Both the position numbers and the translations under genes were made by a program. Below the pieces are notes generated by a model. It made no database searches and was not told the origin of the DNA. It saw only the letters and a list, made by a program, of their open reading frames with translations. Shown in pieces: positions 39,160-48,784 of a DNA stretch of 64,000 nucleotides. Where the stretch lies: positions 1 through 64,000 of the IMG/VR virus record IMGVR_UViG_3300044729_003379. One strand, 5' to 3'. Position 1 is the first letter of the stretch. Every line of letters begins with the position of its first letter. The DNA is from a virus.

Positions 39160-39767
39160 AAGAAAAATCCAATGTATTTATCTAAAATTTCCTTGCATTT
39201 TTTAGAGATCTCAGAATTCATCTTACTTTCTTCTTCAAAAGAAGCAATAGAAATAACCTCTGACGCGGCTTTTGCCAATAATGGTTCGTTTTTCTTTTCG
39301 AATTCATTATTTGGCTTAATAGGTTTTCCGTCAATTGCTTTTCTTTTTAAATGAATATGCAATCCCTTATTTTCCTTCACCCAAAATGATTCATCTTTTT
39401 CTTCTGATGCAAATCTTAAATCACTAACAATGCAAACGTCAATATCTGACATTGTGTTTAGTTTTTTACACAGATAATCGATCCAATATTGATTATTTGT
39501 CATGTTTCTTCTGATATTTCCATGAGCAATCAACAAGGGTCGAATTAGCTCCTTTTCTTTTGGATCTTCGGTCCAAACGGAGATTCCGTATTTTTCTTGA
39601 ACAAACTCTTCAAGCTCCTGTCGGACGCCTTCTGCAAAAGAAAATTGTTTGCATCTTAAATTTGGAAACTCCCTTCCAATATCAATTATCATTTGTCGAG
39701 TAAATGAATCTTTCCCAACTCTTGCTGGGCCAGAGAAAGCAATTATTTTTTGTTTTACTTTTTGCAT
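39156..39767 (-). CDS. Deoxynucleoside monophosphate kinase-like protein
   Basis: IAFSGPARVGKD, FAE, RPLL...G, VSDLRF; start reset to MQKVKQ. Confidence 0.8.
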   Translation of the reverse strand: MQKVKQKIIAFSGPARVGKDSFTRQMIIDIGREFPNLRCKQFSFAEGVRQELEEFVQEKYGISVWTEDPKEKELIRPLLIAHGNIRRNMTNNQYWIDYLCKKLNTMSDIDVCIVSDLRFASEEKDESFWVKENKGLHIHLKRKAIDGKPIKPNNEFEKKNEPLLAKAASEVISIASFEEESKMNSEISKKCKEILDKYIGFFL

Positions 39768-39774
39768 AATCAAA

Positions 39775-40257
39775 TTATTTACCAGTTGAACCAAAACCTC
39801 CATGCCCTCTGTTGGAGTCGGATAATGCTGTTGCAGGATACAAGACTGATTCAACTTCTTTAAAGAAGAAGAGTTGGGCTATTTTATCTCCTTTTTTGTA
39901 AATGTATTTTTCATCGATTCTGATATCGATACTATAAGAATTTTCCGATAGACAAAAATCAGTTTCCGAAGGTAAGTATCGGAACCTTAGTTTAATTTCC
40001 CCTCTGTAATTGTTGTCTATGATTGCAGGAGAATTAGCCAACATTAAGCGAGTGTTACTGATGCTACTTCTTGGCACAATTAATGCATGAACGTCTTTGC
40101 TTAGTGGGTTGATAAATAGATTTGTGCCATATTCGATATACCTTCTTTCTGGATCGAAAAAAGGATCTGTTGACGCCACTAGATCGTATCCAAGGTCTCC
40201 CGGCCTTGGAAGCTTGATGTTTTTGTAACCTTCTTTTAAGACAGAAATATCCTCCAT
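39775..40257 (-). CDS. dut: Trimeric dUTPase
   Basis: GYDL, PRSS, IDNNYRGEI, RGHGGFGSTG. Confidence 0.93.
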   Translation of the reverse strand: MEDISVLKEGYKNIKLPRPGDLGYDLVASTDPFFDPERRYIEYGTNLFINPLSKDVHALIVPRSSISNTRLMLANSPAIIDNNYRGEIKLRFRYLPSETDFCLSENSYSIDIRIDEKYIYKKGDKIAQLFFFKEVESVLYPATALSDSNRGHGGFGSTGK

Positions 40258-40324
40258 ATGGGAGATTAGTATAGTTTTAGCAAAAAGTCAAGAAGTTTTT
40301 TCAGAAAAATAATTAATTTTTTAC

Positions 40325-40353
40325 TTGACAAACCCAAAAATATCCCATATAAT
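40325..40353 (+). promoter_or_regulatory. Perfect sigma70 promoter
   Basis: TTGACA-17-TATAAT firing into the structured intergenic region. Confidence 0.85.
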
Positions 40354-40545
40354 ACGTCACATAGACGACGTAAATGTTACGTCGTAACAGTTACGTCGTA
40401 ACAGTTACGATACTATATAATATATTTATGTTGCGAGCTTGCGAGCAACATGGTAGCGAACGAAGAGAGCTACCATAATACGTCACAACGACGACGTAAC
40501 GTATACGACGCATCGTTACGTCTATGTAACGTAATTGCGTCGTAT
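40349..40545. other. Origin-like or structured ncRNA region
   Basis: 14-bp tandem repeats, AT-rich tract, two GA-mismatch hairpins, long-range inverted repeat. Confidence 0.55.
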
Positions 40546-40622
40546 AAATTGAAAAATAAGATTTTTCAATTTTTCTCTTTACAAATCGGACTTTTTATTG
40601 TAAGATAGGTGACGCCTAAATT

Positions 40623-41612
40623 ATGAAAGAAAAGAAGAGGGATTTGTTTGTTGAACGCGCCCATTTTAAACCATTCGATTATCCTGAGTGTGAACAGTTT
40701 TGTGATGCAATTAACGAGTCTTATTGGACGCACAAAGAATGGTCCTTTTCCCAAGATGTTCAACAGTTTCACATAGAACTTGATGATTATCAAAGAGAGA
40801 TTATTAAGAAGTGTCTCCTTCTTATTTCTCAGGTAGAAGTTTCTGTCAAAACTTTTTGGGGCAATCTGTATAGACACGTTCCTCTTCCAGAAATTAACAT
40901 GGTCGGGGCAACATTTTCGGAAAGCGAGGTCCGTCATGAAAGAGCATATTCCCACCTTCTTGAAAAACTGGGCCTCAACGAAGAATTTGAAAAGATTTAC
41001 GATATTCCAGCCGTAATTGACAGACACAATTACTTGAAAAGATACAAAGACTATTCTAACGCCAGATTAGAAGAAAAGTTTCTAAAATCAATCATCCTTT
41101 TTTCTTTATTCATTGAAAACGTGTCCTTGTTTTCTCAGTTCTTCATCATTATGTCTTTTAATAAACACAGAAAGATGTTGAAAGATATCAACAATGCTGT
41201 CGCCGCGACAAGCAAAGAAGAAGCAATTCATGGAGCCTTCGGTAGTTGGTTGATTAACCAAATCAAAGAAGAACACCCCGAATTTTTTACGGACGAACTT
41301 AAATCAATGATTGAAAATTATTGTTTAAAAGCTTTTACCGCTGAAGAAAAGGTTCTTGATTGGATTTTTGATCAAGGAGATTCTGATTTCATTAAAAAAG
41401 ACCAAGTTAAGGAATTTATCAAAAATAGATTAAATTATTCCTTGACAGGAATAGGTCTTAACGCTATATTCGAAGTAGACAAAGAAGTTATCAATAAAAC
41501 AAAGTGGTTTGATGAAGAATTGTTAAGCGATGTTCATGTTGACTTTTTCGACCAAAGACCAACCGCATATTCAAGAAAAAACAAATCAATTACCGCTGAC
41601 GATCTTTTTTGA
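40623..41612 (+). CDS. nrdB: Ribonucleotide reductase beta subunit, class Id-like
   Basis: FKPFDYP, SQVEVSVKTFWG, ESEVRHERAY, ENVSLFSQF, EEAIH, DFF. Confidence 0.92.
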   Translation: MKEKKRDLFVERAHFKPFDYPECEQFCDAINESYWTHKEWSFSQDVQQFHIELDDYQREIIKKCLLLISQVEVSVKTFWGNLYRHVPLPEINMVGATFSESEVRHERAYSHLLEKLGLNEEFEKIYDIPAVIDRHNYLKRYKDYSNARLEEKFLKSIILFSLFIENVSLFSQFFIIMSFNKHRKMLKDINNAVAATSKEEAIHGAFGSWLINQIKEEHPEFFTDELKSMIENYCLKAFTAEEKVLDWIFDQGDSDFIKKDQVKEFIKNRLNYSLTGIGLNAIFEVDKEVINKTKWFDEELLSDVHVDFFDQRPTAYSRKNKSITADDLF

Positions 41613-41632
41613 TTTTTTAGATTTTAATTATT

Positions 41633-43279
41633 ATGAGCAAGATTCAGTGGTTAAACAAACCTGCAAAGATTTTCCTTAAAAATGGATACCTAGAAGAAGA
41701 AGAATCCCCGGAACTAAGGATCGAAGATTTGGTAAAAACTGCTAAAAATATTTTAGGAGATTTTTGGGATGCCGATCAATTTTTGGAAAACATTGAGGCG
41801 GGAGATTATTTGTTTTCGACTCCAGTTTGGGCTAATTTTGGAAGAAAAAGGGGATTGCCGATTTCTTGTTTCAATAGCTATTTAAGCGATACAATGGATT
41901 CAATTCTTTTTAATCTTGCAGAGGTCGCGACAATGACCAAGAATGGAGGTGGAACCAGCGGTTATTTTGGAGAATTACGTCCTCGCGGAGCGGCCATTTC
42001 TTCTGGTGGGAAGTCGGATGGAGTGGTCAATTTCATGAGACTCTTTGATACGGCGATGATAACATGCAAGCAAGCATCTATTCGTCGGGGGGTAATGGGA
42101 TGTTATTTACCGATTGATCACGGAGATATTAATGAATTTTTAAAGATCAAACAAGAAGGAAGCCCAATTCAAGATCTGTTTACCGGAGTTTGCGTTACAG
42201 ACGAATTCATGAAGGGAATGATCGATGGCGACAAAAAGAAAAGAGATGTTTGGGCTAAGGTTTTAAAGAGCAGATCCGAAGTTGGAATGCCCTATATCTT
42301 CTTTACAGACAATGCTAATAAAGGAGCGCCGAAAGTTTATAAAGATAAGGGCAGGAAAATTCATGGAAGCAATGTCTGCTCGGAAATAATGCTTTCTTCC
42401 AACGAAGAAGAATCTTTTGTATGTTGTTTATCTTCAATGAATTTACTCAATTATGATAGATGGAAAGATACAAATGCTGTTGAATTACTGGCGTATTTTT
42501 TGGACGCAGTTTTGACTGAATTTATTAACAAAGCCAAAGACATTCATTTTATGGAAAGGTCTGTAAGGTTCGCGGAAAATCAGAGGGCCATTGGTATTGG
42601 AGCAACGGGTTGGCACTCCCTACTTCAAAGCAAAATGATTGCTTTTGAGTCCCTTGAAGCGCAGATGCTTAATTGTGAGATTTTCGAGACGATGAATAAA
42701 CAGTCTCTTGAGGCTTCCAAAAAGGCGGCAAAACAATTAGGGGAGCCAGAGATGCTGAAAGGGTATGGAGAAAGATGGGCGACTCGTCATGCAGTAGCCC
42801 CAAACACCTCTTCGGCATTTATTTTAGGTCAAGGATCGCAATCTATTGAGCCGTTCAAGTCGAATTATTATGTAAAGGATTTGGCCAAATTTAAATACAC
42901 ATTTAAAAACCCTTATCTAGAAAAAGTCCTAGAAGAAAAAGGACTTAATATAGACGAAACTTGGGACTCAATTCTCCTTAAGAATGGATCGGTTCAACAC
43001 CTCCCCTTCTTGTCTCAACATGAAAAAGATGTTTTTAGGACATTTACAGAAATTGGCGCGAAGGAAACCGTAATCCAAGCAGCGCAAAGACAGAAGTATA
43101 TTGATCAGGGACAAAGCTTGAATCTTATGATCCCCCCCGATACGACGACTAAAGATATCAATTCCCTCATTATTTTTGCTTGGGAGAGCGGAATTAAGAG
43201 TTTATATTATCAACACAGCACAAATGCGGCACAAGCTTTCTACAGAAAGCTAAACGAGTGTAGTAATTGTGAAGGGTAA
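41633..43279 (+). CDS. nrdA: Ribonucleotide reductase alpha subunit, short, no ATP cone
   Basis: PISCF, GGGTS, SNVCSEI, APNTSS, DQGQSLN, KSLYY, C-terminal CxxC. Confidence 0.93.
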   Translation: MSKIQWLNKPAKIFLKNGYLEEEESPELRIEDLVKTAKNILGDFWDADQFLENIEAGDYLFSTPVWANFGRKRGLPISCFNSYLSDTMDSILFNLAEVATMTKNGGGTSGYFGELRPRGAAISSGGKSDGVVNFMRLFDTAMITCKQASIRRGVMGCYLPIDHGDINEFLKIKQEGSPIQDLFTGVCVTDEFMKGMIDGDKKKRDVWAKVLKSRSEVGMPYIFFTDNANKGAPKVYKDKGRKIHGSNVCSEIMLSSNEEESFVCCLSSMNLLNYDRWKDTNAVELLAYFLDAVLTEFINKAKDIHFMERSVRFAENQRAIGIGATGWHSLLQSKMIAFESLEAQMLNCEIFETMNKQSLEASKKAAKQLGEPEMLKGYGERWATRHAVAPNTSSAFILGQGSQSIEPFKSNYYVKDLAKFKYTFKNPYLEKVLEEKGLNIDETWDSILLKNGSVQHLPFLSQHEKDVFRTFTEIGAKETVIQAAQRQKYIDQGQSLNLMIPPDTTTKDINSLIIFAWESGIKSLYYQHSTNAAQAFYRKLNECSNCEG

Positions 43280-43281
43280 TT

Positions 43282-43479
43282 ATGAAAATCTTATCAAGCA
43301 ATTCAGTAAAACTTTGTCCGTGCAATCCTAAAAACAATTGCCCAGAGGTAATTCTTTTGGAAAATGGATGGATTCAAATTAAAGACGATTTTGGTTCTTC
43401 TGTAAAAATGACCCTTGAAGAAGCAAAGGAAATCTCAGAAGCTTTGGCGTTTTTACAAAAAGAATCAAATGAAAAGTAA
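43282..43479 (+). CDS. Hypothetical protein
   Basis: 65-aa ORF in operon; IKDDFG motif. Confidence 0.65.
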   Translation: MKILSSNSVKLCPCNPKNNCPEVILLENGWIQIKDDFGSSVKMTLEEAKEISEALAFLQKESNEK

Positions 43480-43789
43480 ATTAGCATTAGTAATTTTACT
43501 ATTTTTGTTCTCATTAACAGTTTATTGCGAAGACAGTAAGGAACAGAAGTTAGCAAAAGAAATATCTACAGGAATAGAGGAAACAACAAAAGAAATCGGA
43601 GATGGAAGATTTGTTTTGATTTCATTTATTAATGGAAGCATTGAAATAATCCAACCGATTAAGCCTCAAAAAGAGTGGACGAAGGAATACAAGCAAGCTC
43701 TTGAAGAGAAGATAGAATCTACAATTAAAAGAGGTGGAATTGTTTTTCAATTACTTCAATTAAAAGAAAAGCAAGGAAAGTTGATTTAA
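43469..43789 (+). CDS. Secreted or membrane-anchored hypothetical protein
   Basis: Start reset to MKSKLALVILLFLFSL (signal-like). Confidence 0.6.
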   Translation: MKSKLALVILLFLFSLTVYCEDSKEQKLAKEISTGIEETTKEIGDGRFVLISFINGSIEIIQPIKPQKEWTKEYKQALEEKIESTIKRGGIVFQLLQLKEKQGKLI

Positions 43790-44082
43790 TGAAAGATTTT
43801 GTTGAATCTGTATTATTTTTTGTTGGGGCTTCTTTCATTCTAAAATATGGCGCTCCAACAAAATTTATAAGAACCTTTTTTTCTAGGTGGAAATGGGGTT
43901 CTGATTTGTTTTCCTGTGGGCTTTGTTTAGGAACATGGGTCGGAATATTTTCGATTCCAATGCTTTATAAGGAAATTAATTGGTGGATGATACCATTTAT
44001 TTCTGCTATTGTTTCTTGGTTTGCGGATTTATTTTCAATGTTTCTTGTTAAGATTATGAATTCTTACCAAGTTGATATTTGA
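43789..44082 (+). CDS. Small membrane protein, DUF1360-like
   Basis: Hydrophobic segments, LFSCGLCLGTWVG. Confidence 0.6.
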   Translation: MKDFVESVLFFVGASFILKYGAPTKFIRTFFSRWKWGSDLFSCGLCLGTWVGIFSIPMLYKEINWWMIPFISAIVSWFADLFSMFLVKIMNSYQVDI

Positions 44083-45137
44083 ATTCTTCCCCACATATTA
44101 TCACCTGTTGCGATATATAAGAAACGACCACTATAGGCAACTCGACCCCTTTCTCCAGTAGATGTAGAAGTTGTTGGGACATATCTAGTGCAATTATTTG
44201 AAGATAAAAATGTCATTCCATCACAAAAGTCAGTTGTGCTTTTGAATGTTTTTTCACCAGAAATTTCCTGTATTCCTGTTCTGTAAACAGGAAGAGAGGA
44301 ATCTATTGCATTATTAATAGTAGCTAAAGCTCCTCCTGTATAAGTATTAAATCTTGTATTTGTTACATAATTTCCAGTAACAAAGCCACTTATTTGACTT
44401 GTTTTCGTATTTAAATCAAAGAAGGTAACTGCATTTTGTCCAGTAATGACTACTGTATTATTAAATACAGCACCACCAGAAGCAGACACAGATGCACAAG
44501 AAAGAGCGCCTGTAGCCGTTATCGTTGTTCCAACTAATAAGCTAGAAGCAATAGATACACTTGTTCCATAAACAGAATTTCCACAAAAAATATTACCAGT
44601 TACATTTAAAGAATTTCCTACAGACAAAGAACTAGAAAAATAAGCAGCATTATCGACAAAAAATCCTCCTGTAAAATCAAAAATAACAGAATTTTCAGCT
44701 ATACTTGATTTATAATTTGATGTAGAATCTGCAAAAACAAAAGATCCATTATGATTAACGGCGATATTTTTTCCAGCACAAAGAGAATTACTTACACTGT
44801 TTATATCAGAAGACTGACCAAACAACATGATATTATTTTCTCCATAAACAGTAGAATTAGAAGCAGAAAGAATAATGCAATTATTTCCAGATACTATATT
44901 GTTTGATCCTGCAAAAATTCTGTTTCCATTTTCATAATTAAAGATATTATTTGTGTCATTTGGGTATATGACAGGCATATCATTAACCTTAAGCGTCCCA
45001 TCAAAATTAAAGTCGCCAGTAAGAGTTTCTGGTAGATAGAAATTAAAAGAATTAATACCAGATTCAATAACTAAATTACCAGAAGGGGTAATCATTTCAT
45101 ATGGTTCATATTGTTCTGGCTTAATCCTGTTTTTCAT
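44064..45137 (-). CDS. Fibre-like virion protein
   Basis: Beta-repeat body, TGIQEISGEKTF, C-terminal P..STSTGERG..AY...LYIAT..N.W; GTGTA-N9-ATG. Confidence 0.65.
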   Translation of the reverse strand: MKNRIKPEQYEPYEMITPSGNLVIESGINSFNFYLPETLTGDFNFDGTLKVNDMPVIYPNDTNNIFNYENGNRIFAGSNNIVSGNNCIILSASNSTVYGENNIMLFGQSSDINSVSNSLCAGKNIAVNHNGSFVFADSTSNYKSSIAENSVIFDFTGGFFVDNAAYFSSSLSVGNSLNVTGNIFCGNSVYGTSVSIASSLLVGTTITATGALSCASVSASGGAVFNNTVVITGQNAVTFFDLNTKTSQISGFVTGNYVTNTRFNTYTGGALATINNAIDSSLPVYRTGIQEISGEKTFKSTTDFCDGMTFLSSNNCTRYVPTTSTSTGERGRVAYSGRFLYIATGDNMWGRIQISTW

Positions 45138-45183
45138 TTGAAAAAATACACAAATTTCTTATATTCTGAAAAGGTAATACACT

Positions 45184-45741
45184 ATGATTTACACCATTTA
45201 CAAACCAAATAAGAATATTAATGGAGGATTGGCAACTTTTCGCGTTAAAAAGCAAAAAGAAGAAAAGGATTGGAAATCGACTCTTTTTATTGAATTGCTT
45301 AAGCAGAATTCTTGGAATAGCGAAAAACATACAGGAACATTTGACAAGGAAACAAGAAAGTTTATTACCCTAAGCGTCTCTGAAGCTGGAGAGTTTATCA
45401 ATACATTCAAAACATTTATCCCATTTTCATCCTTTCACAAAACAACTAAAGGTTCTTCTTCTATTTCTTTAATTCCTTATGAATGGAATAGAACGGTTAA
45501 TGGAAAAGAATACAAGACAACCTGTTTTGGACTTTCTGTAAAGTCTAATAATGTTGAATACAAAATTCCGATTACTCCGGGAGAAGCTCAGGCTTTGGTT
45601 CTTCTTTTAGAGCATTTTGTTAAAGAAAGCGCAGCCCTTCTTCTCAAGGAGGAAGAAAATAGAAGAAAAGAAGGGAATACGATAAGCAAAGAAAAAGAGA
45701 CTCAAGAAGAAGAACTTTCCGAAGCAGATGTTCCATTTTAA
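45184..45741 (+). CDS. Putative ssDNA-binding protein
   Basis: Acidic tail ending EADVPF. Confidence 0.55.
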   Translation: MIYTIYKPNKNINGGLATFRVKKQKEEKDWKSTLFIELLKQNSWNSEKHTGTFDKETRKFITLSVSEAGEFINTFKTFIPFSSFHKTTKGSSSISLIPYEWNRTVNGKEYKTTCFGLSVKSNNVEYKIPITPGEAQALVLLLEHFVKESAALLLKEEENRRKEGNTISKEKETQEEELSEADVPF

Positions 45742-47651
45742 TGAATAAAAAAAGGAAAATCTTATTTTGGTCTAATGGTAGCTCCTTGAAAACAGGATTT
45801 GGAGCTAACGTAAGAAACATATTAAAAACTCTTCATAAAGATCCTGATCTTGAGGTTTATGAAGCGTCAAATGGTTTTCCTCTTAATAAAGAAATCAAGA
45901 CCCCGTGGAAGTCCTTTGGAACTTATCCGGTTGATCAGGGTGTTTTAAATGAGATCAACGGAGACGAAGGAAAGAAAAGATTAGCTTATTATGGCAATTA
46001 TGCCATAGATAAAATTATTGAAGAAGTTAAGCCAGACGTTATTTTTGGAATCGAGGATATTTGGGCATTTGATATTGCAAAAAAGAAGTGGCATGGAAAT
46101 GTTCCATTTGTTGCGTGGATTACTGTTGATTCATTGCCAATTTTAGAACAGGCGAAAATTCTCCACTCAAAGAGCGACAAGTTTTTGGTTTGGGCGACAT
46201 TTGCCGAAGAACAAATGAAGAAGGATGGGTATGATGTAGAAACCCTACATGGGGCAATCGATTATTCTTCTTTCTTTCCTCTTTCTCCAGAAACAAAAAA
46301 GAATCTTAGACAAAATGTAGGAATACAAGATTCTGATTTTGTTATTGGTTTTGTTTTTAAAAATCAATTGAGGAAATCTGTTCCAAACTTATTGGATGGA
46401 TTTAAAAGATTTAAAGAAAAATGCCCAAAAAACATCAATCCAAAACTTCTTTTACATACAGAATGGGAAAGAGACGGGAATTGTTGGGATATAGAATCAT
46501 ACATTAAAGAGAAAGGTATTGACAAAAAAGATGTTTTAACAACGTATATTTGCGACAAATGCAATAGATATCATATCTTGCCTTATCAAGGGTCTGGTCT
46601 TGACTGTCCATTTTGTTCTTCTCAAAAAAGCTTTGGTCCTAAAAGAGGGATGGTTTCTGTTTCAGAAAAACAATTAAATGAAATTTATAATGTTATGGAC
46701 GTTTATTGCCACCCCTTTACAAGTGGTGGACAAGAGTTACCCATTCAAGAAGCAAAAGCCGCAGGTTTGATTACTTTAGTTACGGAATATTCTTGTGGAA
46801 CTGATTCATGCTATCCAGAACAAGGAGGTCTTCCTCTTTCTTGGCACGAATATAGAGAACCTTTTACAAATTTCATCAAGGCGACAACTGATCCAGAATC
46901 CATTTGTAAAAATTTGTTAACCGTTTTAAATATGTCAGAAACGGAAAAACAACAAATGATTGAAAATGCAATAACGCATGTCAACAACAATTTCTCAATA
47001 GAGAAAATCTGCCAAAGAATTAAAGAAATTGCTTTTGAATTTCCAGAATGTAAATGGGACTTCGATTTTACTGAAAAACAAACAAATCCAGATTATGTTC
47101 CAGACAACTCTATCGAGGTAGATGAAGAGTGGCTTATAGATGCTTTTTATGGGATTTTTGGAAAGAAATTCAAGAAAACAGAATACGATATTATAGAAAA
47201 TACTAAGTTAATCAAAAAGGACGGCAGAGATTCTGTTCTTGAATATTTAAAACAACACGCAATTAAATTAAATCTTGATTTAAAATTAAAACAAACATCA
47301 TTGGCGGATATTCTTGGAGAAGAAGATAAAGACAGAAGAATTGCTATTATAATCCCAGAGTCTGCTGGAGACGTTTTAATGATAAACGGATTAATGGAAG
47401 GTTTAAAAAACTTATACCCAGACGACAATATCTACGTCTTTACAAAACCTGAGTTCTTCTGTATGATTGATGATAACCCGTTTGTTCATCGCGTGTTGCC
47501 GTTTAGAAATGGACTTGATAATCTATTATATTTAGAAGGAATAGGAAATCACGAAGGATTTTTTAGAATGGCTTTCTTGCCACATGTAGGAAGTCAAAAA
47601 TATCTAAACTATCTACACAATGGCCAAGACATCAATGCTTTCAATATTTAA
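45741..47651 (+). CDS. GT4-like glycosyltransferase with Zn-ribbon insert and a C-terminal GT9 N-domain
   Basis: TGFG, NQLRKS, GGQELPIQEAKAAG; CxxC/CxxC; AGDVL...LKNLYPD. Confidence 0.75.
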   Translation: MNKKRKILFWSNGSSLKTGFGANVRNILKTLHKDPDLEVYEASNGFPLNKEIKTPWKSFGTYPVDQGVLNEINGDEGKKRLAYYGNYAIDKIIEEVKPDVIFGIEDIWAFDIAKKKWHGNVPFVAWITVDSLPILEQAKILHSKSDKFLVWATFAEEQMKKDGYDVETLHGAIDYSSFFPLSPETKKNLRQNVGIQDSDFVIGFVFKNQLRKSVPNLLDGFKRFKEKCPKNINPKLLLHTEWERDGNCWDIESYIKEKGIDKKDVLTTYICDKCNRYHILPYQGSGLDCPFCSSQKSFGPKRGMVSVSEKQLNEIYNVMDVYCHPFTSGGQELPIQEAKAAGLITLVTEYSCGTDSCYPEQGGLPLSWHEYREPFTNFIKATTDPESICKNLLTVLNMSETEKQQMIENAITHVNNNFSIEKICQRIKEIAFEFPECKWDFDFTEKQTNPDYVPDNSIEVDEEWLIDAFYGIFGKKFKKTEYDIIENTKLIKKDGRDSVLEYLKQHAIKLNLDLKLKQTSLADILGEEDKDRRIAIIIPESAGDVLMINGLMEGLKNLYPDDNIYVFTKPEFFCMIDDNPFVHRVLPFRNGLDNLLYLEGIGNHEGFFRMAFLPHVGSQKYLNYLHNGQDINAFNI

Positions 47652-47654
47652 ATC

Positions 47655-48782
47655 ATGCACCTTTCAACTTTATACGCTAGAGACTTAGGGGTTTTTCCGA
47701 GTAAACCTATAATTAAAGAACACTTCTTTCCACTTCCTTGTGAAAAATATATTACATTTCACAACTCTGAAAAAATTCAATCAAAATCTTATTCTTACTG
47801 GACAGAGGTTTTTGATATTCTAAAGAAATACCTAGACCCTTTTGGGATTAAAATCGTCCAAGTAGGAGCCAAGGAAGATAAGAAAGTAGAGGGTGTTCAT
47901 TATTACTTGAACAACACGACGTTTAAGCAATCATTTTTCATTATAAAAAACGGACTTCTTCATCTTGGGATAGATTCAAGTCCCGCACATATTGCTTCCG
48001 CATATAATAAACCAACGGTTTCAATCTATGCACATACATACGCAAATACCTGTTTTCCATTATGGAATGAAAATAAGATAATGATAGAACCAGAGAGAGG
48101 AAGAACCAAGCCTTCCTTTTCTTTAGTTGAAAACCCAAAAACGATTGACAAGATTGAACCGGAAGTAATAGTTCAAGCAACACTTAATCTATTGGGAATA
48201 AATCAAACAATTACATATAGAACATTAAACATTGGAAAGTTTTTCCTAGACAAAGAGATCAATGTAATTCCAGACGAAATCGTTCCGCAGGTAGATGTTG
48301 ACAACGCATCAATAAATATTCGTTTAGACATGATTCATGACGAGTCTTTCTTGATCAAGTTCTTAAATAAGAATAGTTGCAATATAAACATTTATTGCTC
48401 AAATCCGATAGAAAATACAAAAGTTTTAATGTCTTATAAATCTAAGATTAATAAGATTAATTATTATTCCAATGCGTTTAATGCAGATTTTGTTTATTTT
48501 TTAACATCAAACGTTTTCGATTTAAAACTGCTTTGCACTTCGCCAGATTCTTTAAACGAACAACGATTGAATTTCTTTGATCACGAAATTGATTTATTTG
48601 ACTTGGTTAAAATCTCACAGGAAAATAAATCAAAGTATTTCGAATTAGTTAAAAATGGTATAAAAATCAAAACAGGCAGAATTTATGTAAAGGGCCAAGA
48701 GCAATTTAAAACCATAGGAGAAAATTTCGATGATTGGAAATTTTGGCTTGACTTTGATCACATGATGGTTTATAATGAGTAA
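47655..48782 (+). CDS. GT9 (heptosyltransferase-like) C-domain protein
   Basis: K.YSYW, IVQVG, HLGIDSSPAHIASAYNKPTVSIY. Confidence 0.75.
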   Translation: MHLSTLYARDLGVFPSKPIIKEHFFPLPCEKYITFHNSEKIQSKSYSYWTEVFDILKKYLDPFGIKIVQVGAKEDKKVEGVHYYLNNTTFKQSFFIIKNGLLHLGIDSSPAHIASAYNKPTVSIYAHTYANTCFPLWNENKIMIEPERGRTKPSFSLVENPKTIDKIEPEVIVQATLNLLGINQTITYRTLNIGKFFLDKEINVIPDEIVPQVDVDNASINIRLDMIHDESFLIKFLNKNSCNINIYCSNPIENTKVLMSYKSKINKINYYSNAFNADFVYFLTSNVFDLKLLCTSPDSLNEQRLNFFDHEIDLFDLVKISQENKSKYFELVKNGIKIKTGRIYVKGQEQFKTIGENFDDWKFWLDFDHMMVYNE

Positions 48783-48784
48783 TT

